From the NCBI RefSeq assembly GCF_000150275.1, contig NW_002060974.1, positions 31,744-95,743 on the forward strand: a stretch of 64,000 bases of DNA, given 5' to 3'. Below the pieces are notes generated by a model. That model did not search any database. It had not been told where the DNA came from and saw only the letters and a program-made list of their open reading frames with translations. Positions 13,291 through 27,964 of the stretch are shown here, piece after piece; the first letter of the stretch is position 1, and each line of letters starts with the position of its first letter. A program made the position numbers and the translations under genes. This DNA is from Trichoplax adhaerens (taxonomy: Eukaryota > Animalia > Placozoa).

Positions 13291-14833
13291 ATGTCCTATC
13301 GTAAAAATATATGGAAATCAAGTGATATTCACGTGAAATGTACATCATACTCGAAATGCTAATCTCGGTTGAAGCTTTGGCAGCCATTTAAGGGAATGGC
13401 AAAGGTTTGTCATTGCCTAGGTTACCAGGAGGTAACTAAGCGGTTTTGCGACCAACAACTCCTAACAAATCGGTTCTTCTACTACATAATTTATTCTATT
13501 CTGCATATAATAGTCAAGGCTAACATACACATGTTACTATGTTTGTGAATTCAATTTGAAAAGCATGGAACAAATTTCGTAATGGTACTGTAATCATGAG
13601 TTTTCAATGGATTTTAATTACACTTCAGAACTCTAATGTTTCATGTGACTTTTAGCATAGTGTAGGGCAAGGTAATTAATTCTCTGTGTACATTGTTATT
13701 TCACGGGTTAAGCTAATAAGTATGATCAATTCGGATAATGATATGATAGAGTGCGTATAGGACATTTCACAAGATAACACAGACCTCTAGAGTGGGCTGC
13801 ACTATTCTCTTCAACACGTAATAATGTCATTGGCTGGCTGATCATCATCCATAATGTTATTAAATTTCTTTCATAATTCCGATAATCTCTTGACATAATT
13901 TCAATTGTTGTTAGATAAATTGATTTGAAATATATTCAAATAGCTTAATGCTATGATGTATGGCTAATATTGATTTGTTGATTGCAATAGAACAATAGCC
14001 GCCATCAATTTTAAAACAACATCACTTTACATCCGTAACCCTTGTTTATTAAGCGGTGTCTTTGATTTTTTTTCTAATCATTTTGATGAACCCTTGCTTA
14101 ATTGCTGCTATTTAGGACGGGTATTTTTTTACATCGCCAACAACGATTGCTACTAGAAAAGGAGGAATATATTAGTAGCCAAATCGATCAAGTTTGTAGC
14201 TTAGCTATTCGTTTTAGAGGACTCGAGTTGAAAGGCTTTATATACTCTAGTATAGTAAAAATGGAAGCACCTAGACGTTAAAGTTATTAAATTATTATCT
14301 CTTTGGATATCGACATTTCCTTTCATTCGTTGGATGCTGGCCATAACCTTAGGTAAAGTGATTAAGCGAATTCTTTTTTAATAGATGCTAGATTATAATA
14401 CGAGTAAATAGCATATTTTTCATCGCTAATGTTTCAATTTTAGGGACAAATTTCTAGTTCCTCTTCTATCTTTGGGCTCTTCTTCGATAAACATTTTACG
14501 GTTCATTGTGTGCTTGTAAAGTCTTGTAAGACTAACGATTATATTTAAAGCGTCTTGAAGCTTCAATAACTTCTCTTATACCTCAGTTAAAGTTTCATCG
14601 GCGACAAGATATTACTATTATTGAATCCATTTTTTTCTGTGATCTTGGTACTACCTGTCTGGTTTCAATTTTCAATCAGGTCATGAATGGAATCTTTCTA
14701 TAAATTTCACCAGAATTGAATCTCAAAGCTATACAGAATTTTATATATGCTTATTTAGTTGAATATAATACATTAATTAATCGATTTAGAATCGTTTCGT
14801 TCATAATTTATAGCCATTGCAATTAGGGAAAAA

Positions 14834-15868
14834 ATGACCGAACTCCTCAATAATGGCACTTGCCCATCCAATTTTACTACGATGAATATGGACACTGTTT
14901 CAATTAGGCTAGTTTGCTTATCTATAATTGGATTTCTTGGTATAACTGGCAATATCATGGTAATCTTGGTTACTTATACAAAAATTGGTCATAAATCACC
15001 GACAGATTATTTAATAATTAATAACGCTGTTATTGATGCTATTCAGAGCGGGATTAGATTACCGCTGTTGTTGGTCAATGTTGCAGCCAATTGTAATGCA
15101 TTAGGAGATTTTCTATGTCATTTTCATGGCTTTCTAAGCGGTGTATGTTTTATTGGTTCCGCTTATTCCTTAGCTGCATTGGCTGTATTTCGTTATTTTA
15201 GCGTTTGTAAATCTCCAGCTATTGTACTACATACAAGGCATGCTGTATATGCGATTGGTATAGTTTGGATGATTACGTTGGTTATTTGTCTGTTACCATT
15301 TTTGGGCCTAAGCGTTTACGAATATAGTTTAATGGAGAGATCTTGCCTTCCAAGTTGGGGTAGTAGTGTGGCTAATCGTATTAACGCTATTATTGAGTTG
15401 ATTGTCGATTTTATTGTGCCCTTAGTTATTACATTAACATCATACCTTCAAGTATTTTTAACGTTAAGACGTATCGATCATAACCTGGTACGCCATGTTA
15501 GTAACGGAGGATTGCAGCGGCGTAATACAACATCATCAAGGAAACCAATTCATTTAACTATAGCACTATGGCTATTGGTGCTTAATTTCTTGCTGTGTTA
15601 CATAACGTGGAGTATTCTCACTTTTATTATTATTCCATTTTCAAATTATCAAATCTCTATTTCGGATGATTTATATTTCTTTTCTGTCACCATGTTATAC
15701 GTAAATAATGCTATCAATCCAGCTATTTATCTTGTCATGTTGAAATCTTTTCGTCGACGCTATATCATATTATTAAAAAAGATTTTCTGCTGGTGGAATA
15801 AACGTTCTTCCGTTGTTCGAGTGAAACCACTTAAATCAGATAATACCAGAGAAGAAAATAGTAAGTGA
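14834..15868 (+). CDS. Intronless class A (rhodopsin-family) 7TM GPCR, opsin/melatonin-receptor-like
   Basis: 344 aa with 7 hydrophobic segments. Motifs: N-glycosylation sequons, GN in TM1, D in TM2, TM3 Cys, FRY (DRY equivalent), W in TM4, ECL2 Cys (RSCLPSW), NPAIY and helix-8 FR. Confidence 0.93.
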   Translation: MTELLNNGTCPSNFTTMNMDTVSIRLVCLSIIGFLGITGNIMVILVTYTKIGHKSPTDYLIINNAVIDAIQSGIRLPLLLVNVAANCNALGDFLCHFHGFLSGVCFIGSAYSLAALAVFRYFSVCKSPAIVLHTRHAVYAIGIVWMITLVICLLPFLGLSVYEYSLMERSCLPSWGSSVANRINAIIELIVDFIVPLVITLTSYLQVFLTLRRIDHNLVRHVSNGGLQRRNTTSSRKPIHLTIALWLLVLNFLLCYITWSILTFIIIPFSNYQISISDDLYFFSVTMLYVNNAINPAIYLVMLKSFRRRYIILLKKIFCWWNKRSSVVRVKPLKSDNTREENSK

Positions 15869-18800
15869 TCAAAGCAAGTACGATAGTCGAATTCATTGAG
15901 TTAAAAATTTAAAGGAGCCTTAATGGGGTTTTGAGACAAAAGTGAAAATCTAAACTAAAGACTTAAAATGATAGAATACATTCAATTTACTTGAGAAGAT
16001 AAATCTTTAACATAGACAGGTGAGTTTCTATCAGAAAATGTAAGCTAATTATTGGATATAAAAACGATATTATATTCTCTGTAAGTTAATAAATTTCCTC
16101 TGGCATAGAGCAATCATTCTTTATCTCTTATTAATACTAAGATTACTGTCAAAGATGTAGATTATGATACAATGATGAAGTAGATAAAGGGTTTTAAATT
16201 TACAGTCTATAGTAATTATTAAATCTTGATGGAACTTTGTAAATTTTGAATCAATTTGATGTAATACTATGAAGAAGATATCTTTATTGATTTGTTGCAA
16301 TGGATATCCAATGCGATTATAATTATGTACCATAATTGATAATTCATTTGCATAGAAAGATCATAAAATTGACCGACGTTCAAACAGCAAAGTTGTTTTG
16401 TCAGAAAATCATAATTCTAAACTATGATTGCATTCTTGATACTGAATTAGATCCATCATTGTGAGGCAAATAAACGCCTGCATAATAATAATTGATATAT
16501 GTATAATAGGATTTTTGGTATTATTTTGATAGTGGAAGTACGTCTCGATAAATGACTAAATATTAATATTCATAGCTATATAATTTTGGTCGATATTTGA
16601 CCTTAACTCCATTCTATACCCATTAATGAGGAAGTTATGCTTAAATTTTTTCTACATGTTGTACTTTTACCTCTTGAAATGCTGGTTAATAACTATCTAA
16701 CTGTAGTAATTATATTATTACATGGTAACATTCAATTTATAAAATAGATTGATATGATTACACCACCTATCAATACGCATTATATTGATCGCATTAGCTA
16801 AGCTACTTATTTGTCTAATGAAAATGGTAACGGCTTCATATTGCAAATTAGACAAACTATCTAAATATTAATTATTAATATAAAGCTACTAACGGTGATG
16901 AGGATATGGACTACTGTATAAGTAAAATTGATATTTTTAGTGTCAAGGTAAGGCTTACACTATTACTTGTAGCCGATGATGATCTACTGTATAATCATAT
17001 AATGATTGAATCAATGTAGACATAAGTCCTTGAAACACTAATTCTACTATGGGTAATTTTAAATAAATACAATACGCTGTGTAGGAGCAGAATATTTTTT
17101 GTTTGTTGTTGATATTTTTTATTTAAAGAGATAAAATGTTGCAGCCAATGTATTTAGTTGACTTGAAATAGTCCTATTGAGATGGTAAGTGCTCTACGTT
17201 ATATCTATGACTAGCTTATCTCGCGCTCAATTAAGTACTTTTATATCATTAATAGTAACCAGTAAAGGATAAGTTGTACGCGTAGTATAATATTCAAGAA
17301 TTGAAAAAGCTACTACAGAAGAGTGCACTTTCATACACGTATAGGGGAAATTACTTTATTAAATATTATGGACTACTGTTCTAGTGATCCATGCTAAATA
17401 CTACCCATCATGGAGCAAATCTTTTATGACTTTGCCATAATTTATTTTCTTACTATACGCATTATTGAAATGATGAAATAATCAATCTAAGAAGCATGAT
17501 GAATTCAATTTTTGACCTGCTGGAACTAATCATCATAGTAAAATGATATTAGTTTGACTTTTTAACACTATAATTATTTATTCAAATAATAATCCGAGCA
17601 TAATACAGTAGAGCGATCACGCGGTACCGATCATCATAAGCTTGATATTACTTTTATAACAGACTTTCATTACTATTAATGGCAGTTGCAATTCAATATT
17701 TTGTAGTCAAGCTACGCATCGTAAAATCGAATAAAGATTAACCTAGGGATACCATGGTATATCAGTCTTGGCGACCACTGGCATCATTGTCATTTTCAAT
17801 CGTTCTTCAAATGGGCTTAGTTCAGCTATGATGAACATTTTATACTCGTAACATTCAATCTTTCGCTGCGCTACTCTACTCGGATATAGATCATCTAGTT
17901 TTTATGTTTCAAGCCTAATTTGGATTCATCATGGTGTTCCAATCGGCTTGCTATCCATCTACTGTAGATGTTTCAGTGATTATTGTCATTATTTTATTTG
18001 TTTTCCTTTAAATGATCGTACTATAATGCATGCAATTCTTTACAATCACTTGGTATACTTGCATTTTTATTTTATTTTCTGAATATAATTATTGGATGCC
18101 ATTGCTTGGTGTATAGTGTAATGATTCATTTCCAACAGCCGTAATCTCGTTTATTGTAACTGAGCATTAAAAGTCTTTATTAGGTGGACCCTAATTACCT
18201 TGGGCAATTACAGAAAAAACCACCCGATAGAAATCATTAGAAGTGAAAATGGCTCCATCTTGACATGATCCATAGGAATGATTGAATTGACGTCAATGGT
18301 TACCCAGGGAAAAGGGCGTCGACGTATATTAACAACTGTTCCGTATTCAAGCTTTTGTACAGTATAGATGCAACTTTGATACAGGGTACTGTCGTGGTCA
18401 AGTCGTTGTGCTGAGTCAATGACTTATTAACCTGCTGCTGGTATGAATTTGGATGGCAAGAATGATGAATTCATGAATTCATTCTATTTACCTATTTATT
18501 TTATTTATTCAAACTACAAAAAGTTCGCAAGTCTGGTTACAACAGCGAATTTGTATGAAATCTGAATCTCTTACTGGGAAATGTGGTTTAAAAATTTGGA
18601 AGGGTTCGACTCCCAGACTATATACTGTACAGTGAATAGAATGAATAAACTGACAAAACACCAGCACCAATTTACAATAGAATTCAATGATACCAGACAG
18701 TACAGTATAGTGATCTAATGGTGAAGACTTGGCTTAGTCTTACGACTGGTCTTTGGCTGTGTTTATTAAAGGAAAGAGCGATAGGACTGTTCTGAATTGG

Positions 18801-19196
18801 CTATTGTATAATACAATCTACAGCTTTCAATCAAACTGTTATGATGTTGTAAGATCCCCAGGGTCTGTGGTTGGCCTTTTTTTCTTTTAAAAGGGAACGG
18901 TTTTGTACTTTTTGATTTGTTGTATATCGTAATGCAATGGTAGTTCTATTGTACCATACTTTTATTGGGATTGCATCGTTTTGAGTTGCGTCTGTGTTGC
19001 AGCCTTTTGCACCAAGTACTAGTGTCATGAAAGATTTCTTGGACAGTTGAAGTTAATAAACAGCAGTAGCATGTATTAATATTGTCAACAGAATGATGAC
19101 AACGATGAAGACACTAGGTTGGTTGACTGTGGATGAAGTAGTCATTGTATAAATGTCGTAACCAATGATGAGTATGAAGAGAAGTCGGCAAGGCCT

Positions 19197-19431
19197 TCGG
19201 AGTAGCTTTGTGTACTACCGATGGCATTTATGTGACTACGCTGTATGTTGTGTCATGGTTAGAATATACAGATTAGGTAGCAATGCAATACTCCTCTGCC
19301 ACTGCATCGTATTCTACTCTTCGGAGTAGTTTTGTGTACTACCGATGGCATTTGTGTGACTACGCTGTATGTTGTGTCATGGTTAGAATATACAGTTTAG
19401 GTAGCAATTCATTACTCCTCTACTACTGCAT
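19197..19431. repeat. Recent ~124-bp tandem duplication
   Basis: TCGGAGTAG(C/T)TTTGTGTACTACCGATGGCATTT...GTTAGAATATACAG..TAGGTAGCAAT..ACTCCTCT at 19197 and 19321. Confidence 0.9.
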
Positions 19432-20177
19432 ACTGTTCAATTAGGCATTGGTGGAAATCGCTGTTTTAGATCCATGAAGAATAATTGAATCATGGAGTAT
19501 AGTAGATGATTGCATGTCAATTAGGCAATAAAGTAATAAGATTACTACTGTATCTATGACATCGAATGCAGCATCAGTAAGATTACATGACGGTCGTACT
19601 GTAGAATTATACTGTACACATTTGGCTTTTGAATGTTCGAAAGGCATACCATGGATTTTGCGGATACCCTACGGTACAATCTGTCGTCGAAGCTATAAAA
19701 GCTGGGAGTTTTTAAGGGATATGACCATGATCGATGGGCAACATCAAGATGTTCAAGCTAGTCATTTAATTCAAGAAAAGGCAACAGAGATTTTGGCTTA
19801 GCTAGGTGATATTATGGTGATTGTATAATTAATTAATTAATTATTCGAAAAAGAAGTGAGTCACTCACTGACTCATACTATACAGTGTACAGTACTTTTA
19901 ACATTGGTTGTAGTGTACTGTATGGTTTGCACAGGAAAAGTCGACTTGTTTAGCTCAAGTATGAACTCAACATTGAGTGAACAATCCAGTGCAACAGTCC
20001 ATACAGTGCTATACTGCTTCTCGGGATCAAAGTACAGTCATAGGCTACTAAAAAAATGGGGTATAAAAATATCTACATCATGGTAGAGGAAAAAAAGGAA
20101 AAGGAAAAGCGATCAGCCTATCGACAGACTCCGTCAAACTAAAATGCAAAAAATGATCATTGGAGTGGGACTGACCA

Positions 20178-20445
20178 TCAGTACAGTACGTACTGTAGTA
20201 GCAGCTACTCGATACAGTACTGTACTGTAGGCAATCACACCAGTACAGTACAGTACTGTACAGTACTTACAGTCGGCAGACTACTGTACTAAGATTGTAG
20301 GCAATGGTGACGGTACCGTAGTCTACAGTAAGGTACGTACAGTACAAAAATTTCGACCAAAGTTCGAATACTGTACTGTACAGTGTACAGTACACTGCCA
20401 GTCTACAGTACACGCCCTATACAGACGCGCTGGACGGACTGTACT
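20178..20445. promoter_or_regulatory. TACAGTA/TACTGTA array at the putative WDR26 promoter
   Basis: Very dense GTAC-centred palindromic repeats, followed by a likely non-coding first exon ending at an AG|GTAAGT donor (~20633). Confidence 0.5.
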
Positions 20446-23400
20446 GGGATGATCCATTGGACGAGTATATAACAAACAAACAAGCCCAACGCCGATTCAT
20501 TGTCGTGGGATATTTTGCGTCAGAAAAGTGGTACAGCTTCGTACAGTATATGTTGGAAAAGAAACGTCTGCTTTACTTTGCGTTTTCGCTGTCATTAATT
20601 CAATAAAAACTCATTGAACCTTTTCTATCTTAGGTAAGTTCTTTTCTTTCGTTCGTCATTTGCATAGCGTGTTGATGACTAGCTTTAAAGAAGCCTACAA
20701 TTGGAGGTTGTGTTATGCTCCGCGGCCGCTATCGATATCGATGACGTACTGTATTTTAATGTTGTAATACTCTAGTCATCCCTATATGGTGCTAGCACCT
20801 TGCATGTTTAGAAGGTTGAAGGCGCTTTTTGCTATCTACAATCGTTGTATCTTTTCTTGAGGACATCATATCGATCAGATTTTAGTATAGGCATACAACG
20901 TTATGTTACGCAGGATAATTGGATATGGAGTATGTACAGATGCATTTTACTCTATTGAAGATGACCGGAATGGAAGGAACAATATAGCGTTGACTGTTCT
21001 GTACAGTGCTACAGTAGTTCAGCGTCCTCGTCGTTCCGGTCAATTAAAGCTCAACGTTAAGCCTGTTTATGTAGTGTTCTACATAGAATAGAAGATTGTT
21101 TGTTGCATGGCCGTATCCTGGCCATGATCTGCTATTGAGCGTTATTCATGGAGTAAGAAATAAACAGTAAGAGGAATGGCCGCAATCATTGGAGGATCGC
21201 ATATTTTTTTGTTTATGACGTACCATCATGGTGGTGTAGGCCGTATCTTCCATTGGTTGTAGTCATCAATGATCGAATTCTTGACCGTCGACACTGTACA
21301 GTATATATACGCTATATCAGAAGACTCATTGGACATGTTATTTTTCAAGTTATGTTTGATTTCTTTTTATCATTCTTCTAAAAAGTGATACTATTACTAC
21401 TTTGAGAATAGATTCTTCTACCAGAATGAAATGAATTTTATCAAATAATAATTTTCTTCCTCCGAATAATTCGATACAAGTTATTATTAAAGGGCCCTGC
21501 CGGCTTCCGTACCATCTCTACAATAGTACTGTACTGTACAGTGTACAGTACGCTCAGCAAAGTACCGTACGGTGACGTGTGAATTGACTGTACTGGCAGT
21601 AACAGACTAGAATAATAATAACAAATCATCATGGCGTTCATAGACAAGTCCATCTCCATTTTCGATAACCTGGATTTGAAGATCAATTAGGATAGCTTTT
21701 CTACCATTTCACGACTTGATAGTGCGATAGTAGAATAAATGATTGCTACATACTAAAACTGTAATAACAAGCTAATCATCTTGATACACTAGTTGACAGT
21801 AAAGACAAAAATATCAATGAACGAAAAGCTGTTTTGAAAATAGACAGGGAACAAAGGTGCGGTTTTTGTTTCGTATTTTTGATCGGTCATGTCTTACTAG
21901 CATTCCTTCTTCATATCCAACCATCATCTTGTTGTAGTTACTACTATACCAATAGCCTAGCTAGCTAACTATGTATCAAGTCTGGAATAAAGATAGGCAT
22001 ATCAGAGCAGATTGTAGTTGAATCATTCCAAAATATCTTGATCGTCTATTGTTCATTCTACGTCGTATGATGAGAAACTAAACAAAACATGAAATGGACG
22101 CACGGACGTTTGGATTTGCATCGGAAAATTAAGCTGTTTTGTTGTTGTCTATTTGACTGATTGCCGTTTCTAGTACAACATCTCCTGCATCCAGTAGTGA
22201 TTTTCTATCGATCAGACAGTATTTACAGTAAGAAGATTGCTAGAACCAATAGTGGTCCAACAGTGAAAATCGATATTAATAAATCTTCATCGTGGTACAA
22301 TTCTACTCATAACAGGTTATCAAAATGTGAGTACACATCACTACATTGCATCGTTATGCATCATATTTTACACAATGTTGATCTTGTAATAATAACTTGA
22401 TGTTCAGTAAAGAATTTTCCTACAATAGGGCTAGAGTGCAGTAGATAGCGAAATTGGGCCGAGTTATAGGGTAACTCGATACTTGGTAATGTGTGAATGG
22501 ACACGATACACTTACTTGATATAACTAGATATAACTCAAAGTCATTTAGAAGAAATTACAGTACTACCAAATAGATTATGCTGAAATTTTTATTGATTTT
22601 ACTCACTGTAAATCAATCTACTTTTACCGTATAGGTAGACGGTATAGAATGTGGGGGTCTGTTAGCCAAGTTAGATGATTTAGTTCTTTTTTCATATAAA
22701 ATTGAACGCTTCCGAATTTTTTTTTTTTCAATTCTATCGGCAATCGTAGCACCCCAAAGTGCTTCAAATAGAACTTTTATGTTTAAAGTCTAGTTATTGT
22801 AGCTATCAAGTCAATGAATATTTTACTTCCTTACAGTTCTACGTCAAAGTCTATTCCTATATCCCCATAAAATAACTAAGCTAATAATGTATTATCAAAC
22901 ACCATACCTTAAATACGCGTATATCATTCCTATCGGTATTCTAACGCAGCAAAGGATGATGTAAAGAAAATTATTCAATTTACCTAAATTAGACAGACTC
23001 AACTAAGGCTATCCAAAAAAAAAAAATCATTTTATGCTTAAAATAGCGCAGAAATGTTATCAATATGGGTGCGCTCTGAAATACTATAACGATAGCCAAT
23101 ATGAGATGGAATAAATGGCAATCCCGGAATAAAGTAGTCCATAAAGATCATTCATTATACAACTATAGTTTTGGGTACAGCGAGTATTTCTCTGCAGTAA
23201 TATATTTCTAATTGAGAGTACTTCTTCGATCAATGTTAATTATCATGTAGTGCAATCTAATGTTGTAAATAAAAGTTGGATAAATAAGATGCTAGACTGT
23301 GACGGTAACACTTGAATCATGCAAGATAGTATATTAAATATTGGTTTACTGTACTGCTCAATATACAATATTATAGTATACAGCTATTTCGCGTTACTGT

Positions 23401-24030
23401 TTCTACCTACTGATTACCCTGTTTAATTGTGCCGGTAGATTAAGCTGTTTTCTATCTGGTGTATATTAACGATAACTCAGTCAATCGAATCCTTATACAA
23501 GATACCAATCTCTAGTGCTGTATGATAATGTTATCATTAAATTCAATTTAGTAGTACCTCAAAAATGTATCAGGATACTTGTTCTTACTTCACTCATGAT
23601 ACTGAAGATCGTTGGCTGAAATTGGCAGTTTTGATGTACGCTTACACTTTTATATATGCTATAGATGTAGTCTTGCTGGCATTGAAACTTGATATACAGC
23701 ATATGACATGAAGAACTTGAAGAGATGAGCATTGCTTGTTCGTCGTAGTATCGTACAATGGATTAGCAAAAATATGAAATTTCTCAACTTTATCAAATAA
23801 TTGATAGAGCTTTAATTAAATTAGATTGACTCGATATCGAAAAGTGATAAATTGCGTTTGTATTAAAAAATTGAACGCGCGTTCTTTTATTTTATAATTT
23901 AGTGTTTAAGTGACTTCACGCAAGTCTGGCATCATCTGACGACGAGACTGCAATAGGTCTGTCTCCGCCGCCACGCAAAAAAGTTTGTTTGGAGCTCACA
24001 GCTGCACGGTGTTCATATAACGAAGGTGAT

Positions 24031-27000
24031 ATGCAATCTAGCGATGCTGTTCGAGAATCAGAAGCTGAGCGTATGAAAGCGTCGATTTCCTCTTCTACAA
24101 AATTGGTTAATTCAGTAAATTCGAATGGCGTTCATGACGTTGTTAATGGAAACTCTGATAAAGCACTATTACCGACTGTTAAACTTTCACAAGACGAACA
24201 AGATGTAGTTAGGCTGATTGGTCAGCATTTGCTTTCGTTAGGGTTAAAGTAAGTACTTTTTCTGAAAAAATTGATAATGACGATCATTACCTGCTTGTTA
24301 TTACTTCATTTAATATCGTTTTTATGAAGTTTATTTCAATCACGACGTTGAATGGCAATTTAACCTTTTGTTGTGTATATCCAAAATTTACGCTAATCAA
24401 TTTATTACTTTAGCCGTGCTGCTGAAGAATTGGTCCTCGAATCAGGCTGCATGTTGGAGCACCCTATAGCTGTGAAATTTAAAGTGTGCGTTTTAGAAGG
24501 GAATTGGGATAAGGTAAAATTGTAACTTTTCTATTTTCGAGTTTTAATTGATTGCAGTTTCTTTCAAGGGTAGCTATTTTATCATCACTTAAATCAACCA
24601 TGAGTACTGTATACTTGTAAAAACTTGACAACTATTACTATTAAAAACTGTATTAATTAATATTAAAAAGAAATACCCATTGTATTACGAAACTGTAGGC
24701 GGAGACACTTCTTTCAGAATTTAGACCTATGCTAAAGTCTGAAAAGAATTTAAAGGTAACTTTACAGGCTTCAATTTATTGAAAGATATTTTATAATCAT
24801 TTTCGATTTTCATTTTAGCGATATCTCACTCAGTACAATGTTATACTTAGACCATGATTTTTATTGAAATGCAAAAAATTTTTTTGTTTTCAATTTTTTA
24901 GAAAATTAGATTTCTTATTTTGGAACAAAAATACTTAGAACTTATTGAAGATAATAAAGAAATTGATGCATTGATTTGCTTAAGAAATGAAATTACTTCA
25001 TTAAAGTATAGTATTGATAGAGTCCACGAATTAAGTCGGTAAGATTATAATTTACGAGATTCTTAACAAATTATCCTACGTACTAATAATAATATTATTG
25101 GCCATACTTCAAGGTTAATAATGTGCAGTAACAAAGAAGACTTGCGAATACAAGCCAGTTGGGATGGAAAAGGCGCCCTATCGAGACAAAAGCTTATGGA
25201 CAAACTTCAAGGTAGATACATGTAGAATGCATCTTGCGTGTTATATGGAAAATATATTTTAAATTATCCTTACTATACCTTACCACAGACAGAGTAATAT
25301 ATTTTGTACTTGTTATCGTATTAAAATCATAGGTTATATTCCGCCAACATTACTGTTACCTCCTAATCGATTGCGGATGCTGTTAAGACAAGCGATGGAT
25401 TTACATAGAGAGAGATGCTTAATTAATAACACTAAGATTACTGAAGAATCATTACTGGCTGACCACTCTTGTAATAGGTGTGGTATTTATCTTATATATT
25501 AATGACATCGATCAGTCATTAATCTGTACTCTAGTTAATATTATGACTTATTCTTGTCTCATTTATTTATTTTTTAGGCATAATTTACCTTGTATAACGA
25601 AACAAATTTTAACTGATCATAGTGACCAAGTAAGAAAGATGGAACCTAAAATGTTGATATTGTTTAATCTAGTTTGCTTCGGAAAATTCCTAATCATAAA
25701 ATCTACTTATCTGTTTGTGATCGCTACAAAAATAACAGGTTTGGTATGTTCAGTTTTCACACGATGGCCAAAAATTAGCTACTGGATCTAAAGATACTAG
25801 TGTAATAATTTGGAGGCTAAATGTAAGTGACACATTTTGGATTAAGCTTCATACTATAGGTCAATGCTAGGATAATTTAGGTTGCTTTTATGTTATAATC
25901 CAATCATAGAATGGAAAGTTTGAAAAAGTGCAAAAATTTAAAGATCGTGCTGACTGTGTTAGTTTCTTGGCATGGAGTCCTGACGATAAATATTTGCTCA
26001 TTTGTGGTCCTGAGAGCGTTTCAGATGCAACTGTTTTAAACGTTGAGGTTGGTTGATATTTAAGTTCATAATATATCGATTGATGTTGTCATCGGTGTTG
26101 ATATGAAATCTAAGGATCACTGTACTAATATGGTATACAACTTTTATTCTACTCTTAGACCGGTGAAGTCCAGTGTAGGGTACACAATTATTCAGAAGAC
26201 CAATTAATGTTGGGTGATTGGACAAAAGATGGTCAAAAATTTGTAGTAGCTGGTCCGAAGGGCCAATTTTATGAATGTGTATGTATAATTTAACTATCTG
26301 TTTGCGAGATGGCTACAATCTTGATCATGTAAATGATATCTGATTGCAGCATTGTGGTAATTTCTACTTTCTAATTGTATGTTGTTGGGTGCAGAATTTA
26401 GAAGGGACTGTGCTTAAATCGTGGGATGGGGTTCGTGTACAAGGCCTTCGATGCCATAAAGATGGTAAAACTGTACTTGCCGCGGATACCCATATGCGTA
26501 TTAAATCGTATAATTTTGCAGATAAAACAGATCGATTTATGTAAGTTATATAACTTATTGAGTATCTTCTAATGTTACATAAGATAACCAATTAATTTTA
26601 AAAATAAATTTCATCGGCATAGATTACAGGAAGATCATCCTATAATGTCGTTTGACCAATGTAAAAGTGGACGCTATGTCGTATTAAACATGTCTGGTCA
26701 GGTAAGATTGAGTATTTAAGAATAAATATATCAAGACTGGTATGCAGTACGAGGTAGTATGAATCAGCTTGTTTATTTTTATAGTATAACTTTGCTCAGT
26801 AATTTTATTCAAATTTCGAAATCTTCTGCATCTTTAAAGGGGCTACATTTATGGGATATCAAGACTAGTTGTCTAGTTCGTAAATTTAGAGGTGTAAAGC
26901 AGGGAAATGATGCAATATTTTCCTGCTTTGGAGGAATAGACGATAGTTTTGTGGCCAGTGGTAGTGAAGGTATTGCAATCACTTATTTTTGTACATCTTA

Positions 27001-27327
27001 ATTGATTTTTCTGCTTAATTATGTGTAATACTTGACTTGTCTAGATCATGAAGTTTACATATTTCATGTAAGGCATGAGTCACCTGTAGCTGTGTTATCC
27101 GGCCATACTAAGACAGTAAATTGTGTTAGTTGGAATTCCAATGATGTAAACATGATTGCTTCGGCTAGTGATGACGGTACTGTACGTATTTGGGGTCCAT
27201 CGGATTCTGATAATGGTAAGTTTACAAGATTCCTTATACTGCCTTTCTACCTAAATATCCTACGTGGGTTATTCTAAAATATTTTTCTTTTCCTATATAA
27301 TTAGAGGACGAATGTACCTACTTTTAG
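24031..27327 (+). CDS. WDR26: WD repeat protein 26 (GID7, CTLH E3 ligase subunit), multi-exon
   Basis: LisH/CTLH region [36 protein letters not shown], then [22 protein letters not shown], and WD40 repeats ([19 protein letters not shown]; SWDGVRV; FVASGSED; [25 protein letters not shown]). Start codon inferred (MQSS). Confidence 0.93.
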
Positions 27328-27964
27328 TATTGAAATGGTGGGAATATAGTACTGTATTCATTGTTTGGGATTTCATGTACAAAATTTTTCAATATGGTTC
27401 CTGATCCATGATAACTGTAATTGCAAAGATCTATATCATGTTTTATGTTCATTAGTTTACATATTGGCTTCACGTGCGATCCTTTTCGTATTAACCATGG
27501 TATTTATTACTGCTGTGATATTGTTTGATTGTTTTATCAATAAAGATTCGAATATTAAATTTAAGGAACTATTTTTATTATTTGCTTTAAATTAAATGAA
27601 TAGTTTACTGTACATGTTTGAAAGTTGGTCCAACATATATAAAGAATATGAGCGCTTGCAACCCTAAACGTGCTCGAGTTTCGGTACAATATTAGCTTTC
27701 GCATAAGATAAAGATTATTTCTTATATTAACGTTTGGAGATGATTGATTGTTTTAAGTAAGATTTTAGCCTATTTACACATTCATTGTATTTATTAGTTA
27801 CTTTTATCGTAAAATTTTGGTAGATAAAAGTATAGTATCAATTTATCGTCACTTCAGTGTTAAAATAGTTTACAGGATGGTCAATATATACGCTTATTAA
27901 CAGTAATTAATATACTAAATTATACAAATATTCAACCAGGTCAGGCACAGTTTCATAAAGATGT

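Noticed and set aside
18530-18620. tRNA/SINE-like B-box GGTTCGACTCCC with flanking AGTCTGG/CCAGACT
   Set aside because: It cannot fold into a cloverleaf (T-stem and acceptor pairing conflict; no D or anticodon arms) and there is no clear A-box.
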